Source: Mustelus asterias
Lineage: Eukaryota
Assembly: GCF_964213995.1 (NCBI RefSeq)
Contig: NC_135806.1
Span: 21,390,001 to 21,454,000 of the forward strand
Length of the DNA stretch: 64,000 nt
Reading direction: 5' to 3'
The translations under genes were made by a program, and so were the position numbers. Below the pieces are notes generated by a model, which had not been told where the DNA came from, did not search any database, and saw only the letters and a list, made by a program, of their open reading frames with translations. This document shows positions 24,440 through 37,377 of the stretch, in pieces (the stretch's first letter is position 1; every line of letters starts with the position of its first letter).

Positions 24440-26742
24440 AAGGGGGCAAAGCTTGACCTCATCTTGGGAAATAAGGAAGGGCAGGTGTCAGAAGTGTTAA
24501 TGAGGGATCACTTTGGGACCAGTGACCATGATTCTATTGGTTTTAAGATAGCTATGGAGAACGATAGGTCTGGCCCAAAAGTTAAAATTCTAAATTGGGG
24601 CAAGGCCAATTTTGATGGTATCAGGCAGGAACTTTCAAAAGTTAATTGGGGGAGTCTATGGGAAGGCAAAGGGACGTCTGCTAAGTGGCACGCTTTCAAA
24701 AGTATGTCAACCAGAGTTCAGGGTGAACATATTCCTCTTAGAGTGAAGGGCAAGGTTGGTAGAAGTAGGGAACCCTGGATGACTTGGGATATTGAGGCCC
24801 TGGTCAAGAAGAAGAAAGAGGCACATGACATGCATAGGCAGATGGGATCAAGTGAATCCCTTGAAGAGTATAGGGGGTGTAGGAGTAGAGTTAAGAGAGA
24901 AATCAGGAGGGCAAAAAGGGAACACTTTTTTGGCAGATAAGGCAAAGGAGGATCCAAAGAGCTTCTACAAATACATAAAGGGCAAAAGAGTAACAAGGGA
25001 GAAAGTAAGGCATCTTGAGGATCAACAAGGTCATCTATGTGCGGATCCACAAGAGATGGGTGAGATCCTAAATGAATATTTCTCATCAGTACTTACTGTT
25101 GAGAAAAGCATGAATGTCAGAGAACTTGGGGAAATAAATAGTGATGTCTTGAGGAGTGTACATATTACAGAGAAGGAGGTGCTGGAAGTCTTAAAGCGCA
25201 TCAAGGTAGATAAATCCTAGGAGATTGTGGGAGGCTAGGGAGGAAATTGCGGGTCCCCGAGCCGAGATATTTGAATCATCGATTGTCACGGGTGAGGTGC
25301 CTGAAGATTGGAGAGTGGCAAATGTTGTGCCTTTGTTTAAAAAGGGCTGCAGGAAAAAGCCAGGGAACAGCAGGCCAGTGAGCATCACATCTGTGGTGGG
25401 TAAATTGTTGGAAGGTATTTTGAGAGACAGGATCTGCAGGCATTTAGAGACGCAAGGACTGATTAGAAACAGTCAGCATGGCTTTGTGAGTGGAAAATCA
25501 TGTCTCACAAATTTGATTGAGTTTTTTGAAGGGGTAACCAAGAAGGTAGATGAGGGCAGTACAGTCAACGTTGTCTACATGGACTTTAGCAAGGCCTTTG
25601 ACAAGATACCCCATGGTAGGCTGTTGCATAAGGTTAAATCTCATGGGATCCAGGGTAAAGTATCTAAATGGATACAAAATTGGCTTCCTGACAGAAGCCA
25701 GAGGGTGGTTGTAGAGAGTTGTTTTTCAAACTGGAGGCGTGTGGCCAGCGGTGTGCCTCAGGGATCAGTGCTGGGTTCACTGTTATTTGTCATTTATATT
25801 AATGATTTGGATGAGAATATGGGAGGCATGGTTAGTAAGTTTGCAGATGATACTAAGATTGGTGGTATAGTGGACAGTGAAGAAAGTTATCTCCGATTAC
25901 AACGAGATCTTGATCAATTGGGCTGACGAATGGCAGATGGAGTTTAATTTAGATAAATGCAAGGTGATGCATTTTGGTAGATTGAACCAGGGCAGGATTT
26001 ACTCAGTTAATGGTAGGGCGTTGGGGAGAGTTGCAGTTCAAAGAGATCGAGGGGTACACGTTCATAGCTCCTTGAAAGTGGCGTCACAGGTGGACAGAGT
26101 GGTGAAGAAGGCATTCAGCATGCTTGGTTTCATCGGTCAGAACATTGAACACAGGAGTTGGAATGTCTTGTTGAAGTTGTACAAGACCACACTTGGAATA
26201 CTGCGTGCAATTCTGGTCACCCTATTAAAGAAAGGATATTATTAAACTAGAAAGAGTGCAGAAAATATTTACTAGGATGCTACCGGGACTTGATGGATTG
26301 AGTTATAAAGAGAGGCTGGATAGACTGGGACTTTTTCCTCTGGAGCAGAGGAGGCTGAGGGGTGACCTTATAGAGGTCCATGAAATAATGAGGGGCACAG
26401 ATCACCTGGATAGTCAATATCTTTTCCCAAAGGTAGGGGAGTCTAAAACTAGAGGGCATAGGTTTAAGATAAGAGGGGAGAGATACAAAAGTGTCCAGAG
26501 GGTCAATTTTTTCACACAGAGGGTGGTAAGTATCTGGAACAAGTTTCCAGAGGTAGCAGTGGAGGCGGGTACAATTTTGTCTTTTAAAAAGCATTTAGAT
26601 AGTTACATGGGTAAGATGGGTATAGAGGGATATGGGCCAAATGCGGGTAATTGGGATTAGTTTAGGGGTTTAAAAAAAAAGGGTGGCATGGACAAGTTGG
26701 GTCGAAGGGCCTGTTTCCATGCTGTAAACCTCTATGACTCTA
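24440..26742 (+). mobile_element. CR1 LINE ORF2, 5'-truncated and frameshifted
   Basis: LDLILGN, SDHDSI, YMDFSKAFD, GVPQGSVLG, KFADDTK and FFTQRVV motifs, ending ctctatgactct. Confidence 0.95.
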
Positions 26743-28589
26743 AGTACCAATACCTCTCAGATTTTCAGTGGTATAATAGTCGTTGCATGGATGACTGGTA
26801 ATCGCTGATTTCTCACATGATTGTACATTAAATAAGGGAGATTGCATACTATGCTTGATTGAAAGTGCTTAGGGTCTAAACTGGCCAAACACATCAGTAA
26901 GGCTCCAGTGAACTTAAACGCAAGTAAAGCAGCGTCAAGTCTTACACTCAGTAAAAAATCAGAACTTGGCAGCAGATTCAAAGAGAAAGGCAAACTTCAC
27001 TTGTGACGTGTTTGTATCCAAAAATGTAAGAAATGAAAATAATAATACAGTCCAATTTCATAGCAGTTCATCAGTTTCCTGGCAAACTGGTGGAGCAGCA
27101 TGAAGCAGTGGCAGATACCACATCACCTTTTTCTTTATTCATTCGTGGGACATTGGCGTCGCTGGCTGGCCAGCATTTATTGCCCATCCCTATTCGCCCT
27201 TGGAGGGCAATTGAGGGTCAACCACATTGCCGTAGCTCTGGAGTCACATGTAGGCCAGACCGCGTAAGGACGGCAGATTTCCTTCCCTAAAGGACAGTAG
27301 TAAACCAGATAGGTTTTTCTGACAATTGACAATGGTTTCATGGTCATCGGTAGATTTTTCATTCCAGATATCTTTTACTGAATTCAAACTCCACTATCTG
27401 CCCAGGCAGGATTCGAACCCGATGTCCCCAGAACATTCACTGAGTCTCTGGATTAATAGTGTGGCGATAATACCACTGGGCCATCGCCTCCCTCCCACCC
27501 ACCCCCTAATGAGACCAGGCAAAAGACATTTAGAAAAAGCCACATGAAGTTAAGAATAATAAAATTCTCTTTAATCTTCTCCAATTTAAAAATAGCATTC
27601 AGATTTTGAATGCTTTACACCCCCTTTGTCGGCCAGAAGCTGTGAAATATGTTTGTCATGGGTGTTGATGCGAGATAAAGCCATATGGGGGGGAACATGA
27701 TGTGAAAAATGCCCAATTGACAGGCTAAATGGAAGATTAGTGACATTACAGAGATTGGATACAGTAACTTAATGGTAAAATATGAGGGAATTATCCAAGG
27801 AAATTATATCATACCCTACTTAGTGAAGTTCATGGACTGCATCTGACCTCAAAAGGAAGTCATGGGGAACTTGCACAGAGGTCACCAGAGAAAGGAGAAG
27901 TGCTGAGAAATACCAAGTGGGAATGTTGCACAGATTAAGATAAGTAGAAACAGGAAAGGTAAGAAAACCCGTAAAACTGCACACCAACTAAAAAGACGTG
28001 AAAGAAAGGCTTGCATTTGTATAAAGCACCATTCACAACCACAGGGGATCCCCAAGCACTTTTTAAACTGCAGTCACTATTGTAATGTAGGAAATGTCAA
28101 ATTGTACACAGCAAGAATTCACAAAAAAACAATGATTGTGACGAGATAAACTGTTTGTTTGATATTTACTGAGAGATAATTAGCCAGGACACTGGAAGAA
28201 TGCCTCTGCTCTTCTTCAAACAATGCTTCGGGTTCATTTACACAGGATCTCCATCTTGTCTGAAAGACCGCACTTCCAACAATGCAACACTCCCTCAGCA
28301 CATCAGAGATGTCAACCTGGATATGTACATGAGCCTTTGCAGTGAGCATAACAGCACAGCCTTTTGACTCAAACGAAAGTTGGCACGTTCAATATAGCAA
28401 ACAAGTTGGTCAGGTCAGAGAAAAAGTCATAGTTACAATTGCATGAACATAGTAAGACTCAGAAAGGACTCTGTCCAGGAAGATGGATAGCCATTTTTGT
28501 TGGAAAGATGCCTATAGGAAGCTGAATTATTTATCAGGAGCAAAAGCAGTGCACATTGGAAAACTATTAAAAGGACGATTGAGGGGACA

Positions 28590-29122
28590 TTTAATTTGAT
28601 TTGATTTATTATTGTCACTTGTATTAACATACAATGAAAAGTGTTGTTTCTTGCGTGCTATACAGACAAAACATACTGTTCATAAAGAAGGAAACGAGAG
28701 AGTGCAGAATGTAGTGTTACAGTCATAGCTAGGGTGTAGAGAAAGATCAACTTCATGCAAGGTAAGTCCACTCAAAAGCCTGACAGCAGCAGGGAAGAAG
28801 CTGTTCTTGAGTCGGTTGGTACGTGACCTGAGACTTTTGTATCTTTTTTCCGAAGGAAGGTGGAAGAAGAGAATGTATGGGGTGCGTGGGGTCCTTACTT
28901 ATGCTGGCTGCTTTGCTGAGGCAGCAGGAAGTGTAGACAGTGTCAATGGATGGGAGGCTGGTTTGTGAGATGGATTGGGCTACATTCACGATCTTTTGTA
29001 GATCCTTGTGGTCTTGGGCAGAGGAGGAGCCATACCAATCTGTGATACAATCAGAAAGAATGCTTTCTATGATGCATCTGTAAAAGTTGGTGAGAGTCGT
29101 AGCTGACATGCCAAATTTCCTA
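28590..29122 (-). mobile_element. Rex1/Babar 3' fragment
   Basis: RKFGMSATTLTNFYRCIIESIL and a (gattt)n tail. Confidence 0.9.
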
Positions 29123-29359
29123 GGACCCGGAGATAGTTGTCCATAAAGCACTGAATAACACAGGAATTAATCATCTAAGTCACATTCAGAAGGATTCTTC
29201 AAAACTCAAAAAGAGAACAAACAAAATAATATCCTCTGGTATCCCAATATCTGATGAAGGAAGGGATTTGATGAAAACTGAGGATAAAAATAAGTGGCTA
29301 GTAATTTGGTGTGAAAGTTATGTCACTTGCTAAATAACTGAGAACATTTTCTAAACAGT

Positions 29360-29675
29360 AATCATAGAATCCCTGCAGTGCAGAAGGAGGCCGTTCAGCC
29401 CTTTGAATCTACACCAACCACAATCCCATCCAGACCCTATTCCCATAACCCCATGCAGTTACTCTAACTATTCCCCCTACACTAAGGGGCAATTTAGCAT
29501 GGCCAATCCACTTATCCCACACATCTTTGGACTATGGGAAGAAACCGGATCACCAGGAGGAAACCCACGCAGACAGGGGAGAACGTGCAAACTCCATACA
29601 GACAGTGACTCAAGGTTGGAATTGAACCCGGGTCCCTGGCACAGTGAGACAGCAATTCTAACCACTGTGCTGCCC
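29360..29675 (-). mobile_element. HE1 V-SINE, full length
   Basis: Head, V-domain and tail are all present. Confidence 0.9.
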
Positions 29676-30905
29676 ACCAGTAAGGACTGGTGCAGAAGAG
29701 ATGGGCTGTATCTTTACAAAGTGCATACAGCAAGGCTTGCAAGCATTGAGGCAGCAGTTGAGAATAATTGAAACTAGACTGTGAGGGAGAAAGGGTAGAT
29801 TGGCGGGAATTGAGGGGTGGAACATGGATCCTACAGGATAATGAGCAAAGTGTGATGTGTCAGCAGTGTCATCAAAATAAGGTTAATTTCCCCATCCTTA
29901 AAAGGAGTTCACCAAAAAACTTTTATGTTGCATTCACGTGAATCCGAATGTAGTTCTGAATTTAGGTTATTATCAAAGGCATGTCTTCAACATTGACTCA
30001 CTCTCTGTTCAGATCACATGATTGAGAACAGGGCTCAAATGTAACCACTGCAACATCCCTGAGATGCCAGCAGCAGCAGGAATGGCTGCTGACGTTGGGA
30101 CCTTATTTTCACTCCAAACCCAGCCCCCAGATAGTCTCCATTACCCCGACACAAAGGTGGACTTAATATTGCTCCACTGGTATTCAGTGCCAACTTGTCA
30201 TCCTTCAAAACCTGTGTCATTTTAGCGATGATGGGAAGGAGGGGAGATGGGAGGAATTGGGAATTCCCCCTCCCATCCCTTTGTCATGTTAAGCACCAAA
30301 TGGTTGTAGTTACAGACACTCTGTCCATCACAAGGGAATCCCTGTAAATCAAAGATTAACAGAGACAGAATAGAGACCATGCATTCCCAGCTGCTTTGGA
30401 GAGAAATCACTCCAAAAGGCACACATGCATCATATACTTGAAATGGGAACAGAACTGGAGGCAAATACGATAAGAGAAGGACATGGCAGGAACATCAGAA
30501 CAAGAAACATGCACTTAAATTTAATGCAGCAGTATAAAGCTATAATGAACGATAATTAAGGAAGAACAAATTAAGTCAGAAAGGAAACTAGTGTCATCCC
30601 CATAGAGCAGAACAAATAAAGAAGTTGCTGCTGTGGGAAGTTGACCTATTTTGTTTGAGCATCTTTAATGTGAAAATAATATAGCAACACCCGGGGCACA
30701 GTCCAGACTCCCAGTTCAGAATAAGCGTCAGGAATCATAGAATCACTACTGTGCAGAAGGAGGCCATTCGGACCATCGAGCCTGTACCAACTCTCCGACC
30801 TAGCATCTTATACAGGTCCACCCTCCTGCTTATCCGAGTAACCACAGTAAGAAGTTTAACAACACCAGGTTAAAGTCCAACAGGTTTATTTGGTAGCAAA
30901 AGCCA

Positions 30906-30942
30906 CACAAGCTTTCGAAGCTCGAAGCCCCTTCTTCAGGTG
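30906..30942 (-). ncRNA. Minimal hammerhead ribozyme in the Penelope terminal repeat
   Basis: The reverse complement reads CAC-CUGAAGA-A-GGGGC-UUCGA-GCUUC-GAAA-GCUU-GUG. Confidence 0.75.
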
Positions 30943-31151
30943 AGTGGGAATTCTGTTCACAAACAGAGTTTATAAAGACACAGACTCAATTTACATGAAT
31001 AATGGTTGGAATGCGAATACTTACAACTAATCAAGTCTTTAAGAAACAAAACAATGGGAGTGGAGAGAGCATCAAGACAGGCTAAAAAGATGTGTATTGT
31101 CTCCAGACAAGACAGCCAGTGAAACTCTGCAGGTCCACGCAACTGTGGGCG

Positions 31152-32526
31152 TTACAAATAGTGTGACATGAACCCAACATCCCGGTTGAGGCCGTCCGCG
31201 TGTGTGCGGAACTTGGCTATCAGTTTCTGCTCAGCGACTCTGCGCTGTCGTGTGTCGCGAAGGCCGCCTTGGAGAACGCTTACCCAAATATCAGAGGCCG
31301 AATGCCCGTGACCGCTGAAGTGCTCCCCAACAGGAAGAGAACAGTCTTGCCTGGTGATTGTCGAGCGGTGTTCATTCATCCGTTGTCGCAGCGTCTGCAT
31401 AGTTTCCCCAATGTACCATGCCTCGGGACATCCTTTCTTGCAGCGTATCAGGTAGACAACGTTGGCCGAGTTGCAAGAGTATGTACCGTGTACCTGGTGG
31501 ATGGTGTTCTCACGTGAGATGATGGCATCTGTGTCGATGATCCGGCACGTCTTGCAGAGGTTGCTGCGGCAGGGTTGTGTGGTGTCTTGGTCACTGTTCT
31601 CCTGAAGGCTGGGTAGTTTGCTGCGGACAATGGTCTGTTTGAGGTTGTGCGGTTGTTTGAAGGCAAGAAGTGGGGGTGTGGGGATGGCCTTGGCGAGATG
31701 TTCGTCTTCATCAATGACATGTTGAAGGCTCCGGAGGAGATGCCGTAGCTTCTCCGCTCCGGGGAAGTACTGGACAACGAAGGGTACTCTGTCCACTGTG
31801 TCCCGTGTTTGTCTTCTGAGGAGGTCGGTGCGGTTTTTCGCTGTGACGCGTTGGAACTGTTGATCAATGAGTCTAGCGCCATATCCTGTTCTTATGAGGG
31901 CACCTTTCAGCGTCTGGAGGTGTCTGTTGCGATCCTCCTCATCCGAGCAGATCCTGTGTATACGGAGGGCTTGTCCGTAGGGGATGGCTTCTTTAACGTG
32001 TTTCGGGTGGAAGCTGGAGAAATGGAGCATCGTGAGGTTATCCGTGGGCTTGCGGTACAGTGAGGTGCTGAGGTGACCGTCCTTAATGGAGATGCGCATG
32101 TCCAAGAATGCAACCGATTCCGGAGAGTAGTCTATGGTGAGCCTGATGGTGGGATGGAACTTGTTGATGTCATCATAGAGTTGTTTCAGTGATTGTTCAC
32201 CATGAGTCCAAAGGAAGAAAATGTCATCGATGTATCTAGTGTATAGCATCGGTTGAAGGTCCCGTGCGGTGAAGAAGTCTTGTTCGAACCTGTGCATGAA
32301 GATGTTGGCATATTGAGGTGCAAATTTGGTCCCCATGGCTGTTCCGTGTGTCTGGATGAAGAACTGGTTGTTGAAGGTGAAGATATTGTGGTCCAGGATG
32401 AAGCGGATGAGATGTAAAATTGCATCTGGAAACTGGCAGTTGTTGGCGCTGAGCACTGAGGCCGTTGCAGCAATGCCATCGTCATGGGGGATGCTGGTGT
32501 AGAGTGCCGAGACATCCATTGTGAGA
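31152..32526 (-). CDS. PLE reverse transcriptase plus GIY-YIG endonuclease (N-terminally truncated, uninterrupted)
   Basis: TMDVSALYTSIP, GTAMGTKFAPQYANIFM, RYIDDIF, Cys linker PCRSNLCKTC and VVYLIRC...WYIGETMQTLRQRMNEH. Confidence 0.92.
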
Positions 32527-32869
32527 TATCCGAGTAACCCCATTAACCATTATCTTTGGATAATAAGGGTCAATTCAGCATGGCCAGTCCACCTAACCTG
32601 TACACCTTTGGAATGTGGGAGTAAACCGGGAGCATCTGGAGGACACCCACGCAGACACGAGGAGAACATACAAACTCCACACACAGACAGTCACCCAAGA
32701 CTAGTGAGACAGTTTGTTCTGACATGAGAACAGGAAGAGGCCTTTCAGCTCCTTAAACGTCAAAACAGGAATACAACATAACGGGGATGAACCTGCTTTG
32801 CATTGATTTGAATGTATTTAAATATTATCAACCAGGCCCTTCGCCAGGTATTGACCCCTCACCACATAT

Positions 32870-33545
32870 TGACACTCCGCCAACATGACGTCACATCTGT
32901 GCAGTTTACATCGGGTTCACATAGACGTGAACCTGTCGTGGGGGTCTCCCCGGGATGCAAAGATATGTATAGCCCCTGGGGAGAGAGACATGGCCAGGCA
33001 GTGGCCTGGCCATGCTCTCTGGCACTGCTAGGTTGGCAGTGCTAGGTTGGCACCATGCCAACCAGGCAGTGCCAACCTGTGCCATGAGCCAGAGTCCAGT
33101 GGGGGCCTCATGGGGGTGGATTAATTTTGATGCGGTGGTGGCTGGGACCAGACGGAGGAGCTGGGGATGCCCGCAATGGCCGGTGGCATGAGGAGAGTTG
33201 GGTGCCAGCACAGACTGTGGAGTGGGTTTGGAGGTGGGGGAGGGGGGAGGAGAATGGGCTGATGATTTGCGGGTGGGGGGTGCCCTGAGACCACCATGGT
33301 GGGCTGTTGGGGAGGTTTATACAGATTATGATCGAGGTGCCCCTTAAAGATGGCGCCCGATCTCTGTGCAGCTGAGTTCTGCCTGTCTCTGCAGGTCTCA
33401 CCTTGCTGTGAAACACATCCCTTTGATTTTTTTTTTGGTAGAGTGTTGTAAAATCTGGAGAGTAAACCAACTGTTTCTCTGGAGAGAAACACACCGGTTT
33501 TCTCGCCGGAAATAACATTCTGCCATTTTGTGTTAAGGTTTAGCC
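32870..33545. mobile_element. GC-rich MITE fragment
   Basis: Homologous to the 44772-45754 and 5224-5670 elements (aagatggcgcccgatctct, ggagagtaaacc motifs). Confidence 0.65.
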
Positions 33546-34414
33546 CATTAATCCTGTTCAGTCTAAAAGTCTCAAGATTAGCTATTGAGAACAGGTAGTA
33601 TTTAACTCTGATGGTATTTAACTTTGAGTGCTAATAGATAAGAATTGGGGGAAAAAATGCCTTATATTATGAGGGGAAAGATTGTATTCAGTTTTGAAGT
33701 TGATAACAAAACGGATCCAGACCTATAAGTCTCACCCCATTATGATTATTCGCAGTAAACTTCAAAATTGTCTGCTTGAGAATCGTCTCAGAGAAAGAAA
33801 CGACCTGAATTAGAGGGGGGATGTTCTGATTGACAACCCTGCTAGGACATTTTTGAAGTGACATCTCAAGTGGAACTTCACTGACAAAAAACATTGCCAA
33901 GGTCTACATGTGAACCCACAAGGATAAGCTGGGTGAAACTCAGGAACATATGAAAACTGACAGAAGGGAAGATGAAGGATTGATATTGTAGTGTGGTAAT
34001 AGGGGAAAAGGCAAGTGCCAAGCTCCGTGATCCATGTCAAGATCTGTACAATTTCTAATTTGCACTACGAAATTTGATTCCGATCAGTGTTGCAAGCTAG
34101 CAAATGTCGGAAAGTACCAAACCTGGAGGGCCAATTGAACCTGAAGAGTCAAGGAAAGAAGTACAAAATAATTTATGTAAAGATATACATGGATAGAACA
34201 ATAGAAAATTAACTTCCGTACCAATTCATGTAAAACACATAGTGAAGCACTGACTGAAACACTGAATTAGTTTCAATGGAATTGAAAGGGAGTTTAATGG
34301 ACCTAATATTCAACATTTCCAATCACTGCAATACAACAACCAATAAATCAAACAGAGTGCTAAATAAAGTAGTCAATATGGTAGACTACAAAGCAGAGGA
34401 AGTCACATATAACA

Positions 34415-34776
34415 TATAAACATATAAGATGATTAGAGGTTTAGATAGGGTGGATAGTGATAGCCTTTTTCCTCTGATGGAGAAATCCAGCACGAGGGGG
34501 CATGGCTTTAAATTGAGGGGGGGTAGTTATAGAACCGATGTCAGGGGTAGGTTCTTTACCCAGAGGGTGGTGAGGGATTGGAATGCCCTGCCAGCATCAG
34601 TAGTAAATGCGCCTAGTTTGGGGGCGTTTAAGAGATCCGTAGATAGGTTCATGGACGAAAAGAAATTGGTTTAGGTTGGAGGGTCACAGTTTTTTTTTAA
34701 CTGGTCGGTGCAACATCGTGGGCCGAAGGGCCTGTTCTGCGCTGTAATGTTCTATGTTCTATGTTCTATGTTCTAT
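34415..34776 (+). mobile_element. Young CR1 3' end
   Basis: GRFFTQRVVRDWNALP and a (ttctatg)n tail. Confidence 0.9.
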
Positions 34777-34911
34777 ATTTAAACAATGCTCTGGTGAGAT
34801 TATTCAGAAATGACTGTGTCCAGTTCTGGTTACCAAGCCACAAGAGAGACATTGAAATTCTAAAAGCAGTTCAGAACAGAGCCAGAACACTGAACTCAAG
34901 CATCAGAGAAC

Positions 34912-36930
34912 TTTTTGAAATTTATTTTTATTGAAGATTTTTCCCATTTTTACAAACAATGCAGCAGACCTTCAAGGATTGGTACAGTGCGGCATAATCA
35001 TTTACATACAGAAAGAGACAAGAGAGCACCAACACTGTTGGTTCGGATTATTCATTATTTATTACAGGCTGCGCCTTCAAAGATACAAACAATGAAAGGG
35101 TGTTTCAGAGACTGGGCGGAAACACGGTAACAAGATAAAGCCATGAGTACATGACATAACGGCACACGCTCTTACTTACAGGATACTAGAGATGGAGCCA
35201 CGTAACTTACATTCCAGGATTCCCAAAGTAGCTACTGCCATTATGTATTCAGCCAGGTAGAATATAGAATATTGACACAGGTGTAGAAAAGGCTGATCAA
35301 CCAAAGATTCTTGCACCATGCTTTGACATGAACTAAAGCATACTTGCCCCATCTCCAGCTATATCAGGGATGTCATTGACATAAAACAATGCCTTTTCCC
35401 AGGATATGTGCTCTGTCTGTACCTTTACAGGAGTCCATTGGAGATTCTATGACCCCATAATAACACAATTACTGAAACAAACTACGCAATGCCATTCATT
35501 CTAAGGGGGTTTTCTGCACCAGCTGCGAGGACTCATTGGGCCATAGCCACAAACTCTACAACAAACCACCCACCCACCTCCCTGCAATGGCATGACTCAC
35601 ATTGGCCATGACAGGAGTAAAGTATACCACATAGTATATGCCACCATTATATATGCAAGGACTATGAGAAGAAAACACAGAAAAATATTGCACAGTCCGA
35701 GTGCCATACAACCTACCCAGTGCACTCCAACATTTTCAAGCTCTTTAAGGATATTGAACTAAGATTAAACTTTTACACAGGACCAGAAGCAATGCAGGTA
35801 GTCTCCTGTGCCACCTTGCATCCCTGGCAAATGAGGATATAGTAGGATCAAATCTGTGTCTTCAGCTTGGAGTAATTAAAGGAACACGCTGAGGAATTCA
35901 TTCCATTATAAACAAATGGACATCCCTGGTTTTCAAAGGATAATAGGCGACATTCACCTCAGCTCATATACTAGATCACCCCTGTCAACTTGATAAATAA
36001 CATCACAAAATCAAAAATGGAGTGCAACAACAATGGGTAAAGTCCAGGACTAGCGATGAATTGCAGATAATGAATCCAAATTATTGCCATCCACAGAATT
36101 TAGAGGAGAATTTAGTAGGATTGCCGAACAGCCTTAAGGATGTGTCAGGTGTCACCCTCAGGGTAGCACTATAAAGCAGGGCATCCTGCATTCAGATAGC
36201 TCTCAGACACTTTCCAGTTTCATCGCAGCCTCTGCGACCAAAGCTATGAAAACGCATGATTACCGGCTTCAAGTTTCTGTGTGTCCAGATCACCAACAAC
36301 CTGTCCTGGTCCCACCACGTTGACACTATAGTTAAGAAAGCCCACAAATGCCTCTGCTTTTTCAGGAGGGCGAGGAAATTTGGCATGTCCACTACAAATC
36401 TCACCAATTTTTACAGATGCACCATAGAAAGCATCCTTTCTGGTTATATCACAGCTTGGTATGGATCCTGCTCTGAACAAGACCGCAAGAAACTACAAAA
36501 GTTTCTGAGCAAAGCCCACTCCATCATGCAAACTAGCTTCCCATCCATTGATTCTGTCTACACTTCCCACTGCCTCTGAAAAGCAGCCAACATAACCAAG
36601 GACCCCACGCACCCTGGACACACTCTCTTCCACCTTCATGCATCAGGAAAAAGAAACAAAAGTCTGAGGTCCGTAACAATCAACTCAAGAACAGTATCTT
36701 CCCTACTGCCATCAGACTTTTGAATGGACCTACCTCATACTAAGTTGATCTTTCTCTACACCCTAGCTATGACTGTAACACTACAGTCGCAAGAAACACT
36801 ACTTTTCACTGTCTACTAGTACATGTGACAATAATAAATCAAATCAAAAAATCAAATCATTTTATCCCAAACTTAACCAGATATCTTCCAGGGACATAAT
36901 AGTTTTCGCTCCAAGGTTAGGTACTTATGG
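34912..36930 (-). mobile_element. Degraded L1-clade LINE 3' part, interrupted by Rex1
   Basis: Minus-strand CQGCKV..GDYLHCFWSCVK (CCHC C-terminal knuckle) near 35770-35830 and an A-rich AATAAA end near 34920. Confidence 0.6.
36262..36860 (+). mobile_element. Rex1/Babar 3' fragment
   Basis: FKFLCVQITNNLSW...TIESILSGYITAWYG and an aaatc tail. Confidence 0.9.
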
Positions 36931-37377
36931 GCTGTGTATCAGGATAAATGAAAGCTTTAAAAGATGAGTAGTTCCAGAGCTCACGGGAACACAGTACTCA
37001 CATCACATGACCCCCCGAGAACAGTTTCTTGAAGGAAGATCAAAGAAATGTGGGCTATTTAACTTTGAAAGAATGTTTATAAGATGTATATAGGTTAGAA
37101 AAACTCTGGAAAAGATAAAACTGGAACACTACTTCAAACCGAATCATGACAGGACAAGCAAACATAAGATTCAAAGTGACAAAAGACAAATTGAGGACTA
37201 ATTTTAGAATGTTATTCACACAAAGCTTCAACAGATTAAATGGATTTTCGGATGGAATAATGGAACCTAAAAATCCCGGAATAGCATAAAACAAAGTGTA
37301 AACTGACATGAAGGAATTGCATAAATTAAGATGGGTCCATGTCTTTCCACATCCTATGATCTGAATTAAGAACGTAA

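Larger units (their letters stand above)
30844..32526 (-). mobile_element. Penelope-like retroelement (Neptune-type), 5'-truncated, inserted in an HE1 SINE (~30732-32700)
   Basis: 13-bp TSD tatccgagtaacc (30831-30843 and 32527-32539), an RT-GIY-YIG ORF, and a terminal repeat containing a hammerhead. Confidence 0.95.
28440..37330 (+). mobile_element. Ancient fragmented CR1 LINE (ORF1 SGNH esterase to 3' end) hosting many younger insertions
   Basis: Collinear relics: DS..RKMDSHFC...LSGAKAVHI (~28470-28560), DPEIVVH (~29125), RRDGLYL (~29695), RPISLT (~33720), CVQFW (~34815) and a 3' end near 37200. Confidence 0.65.
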
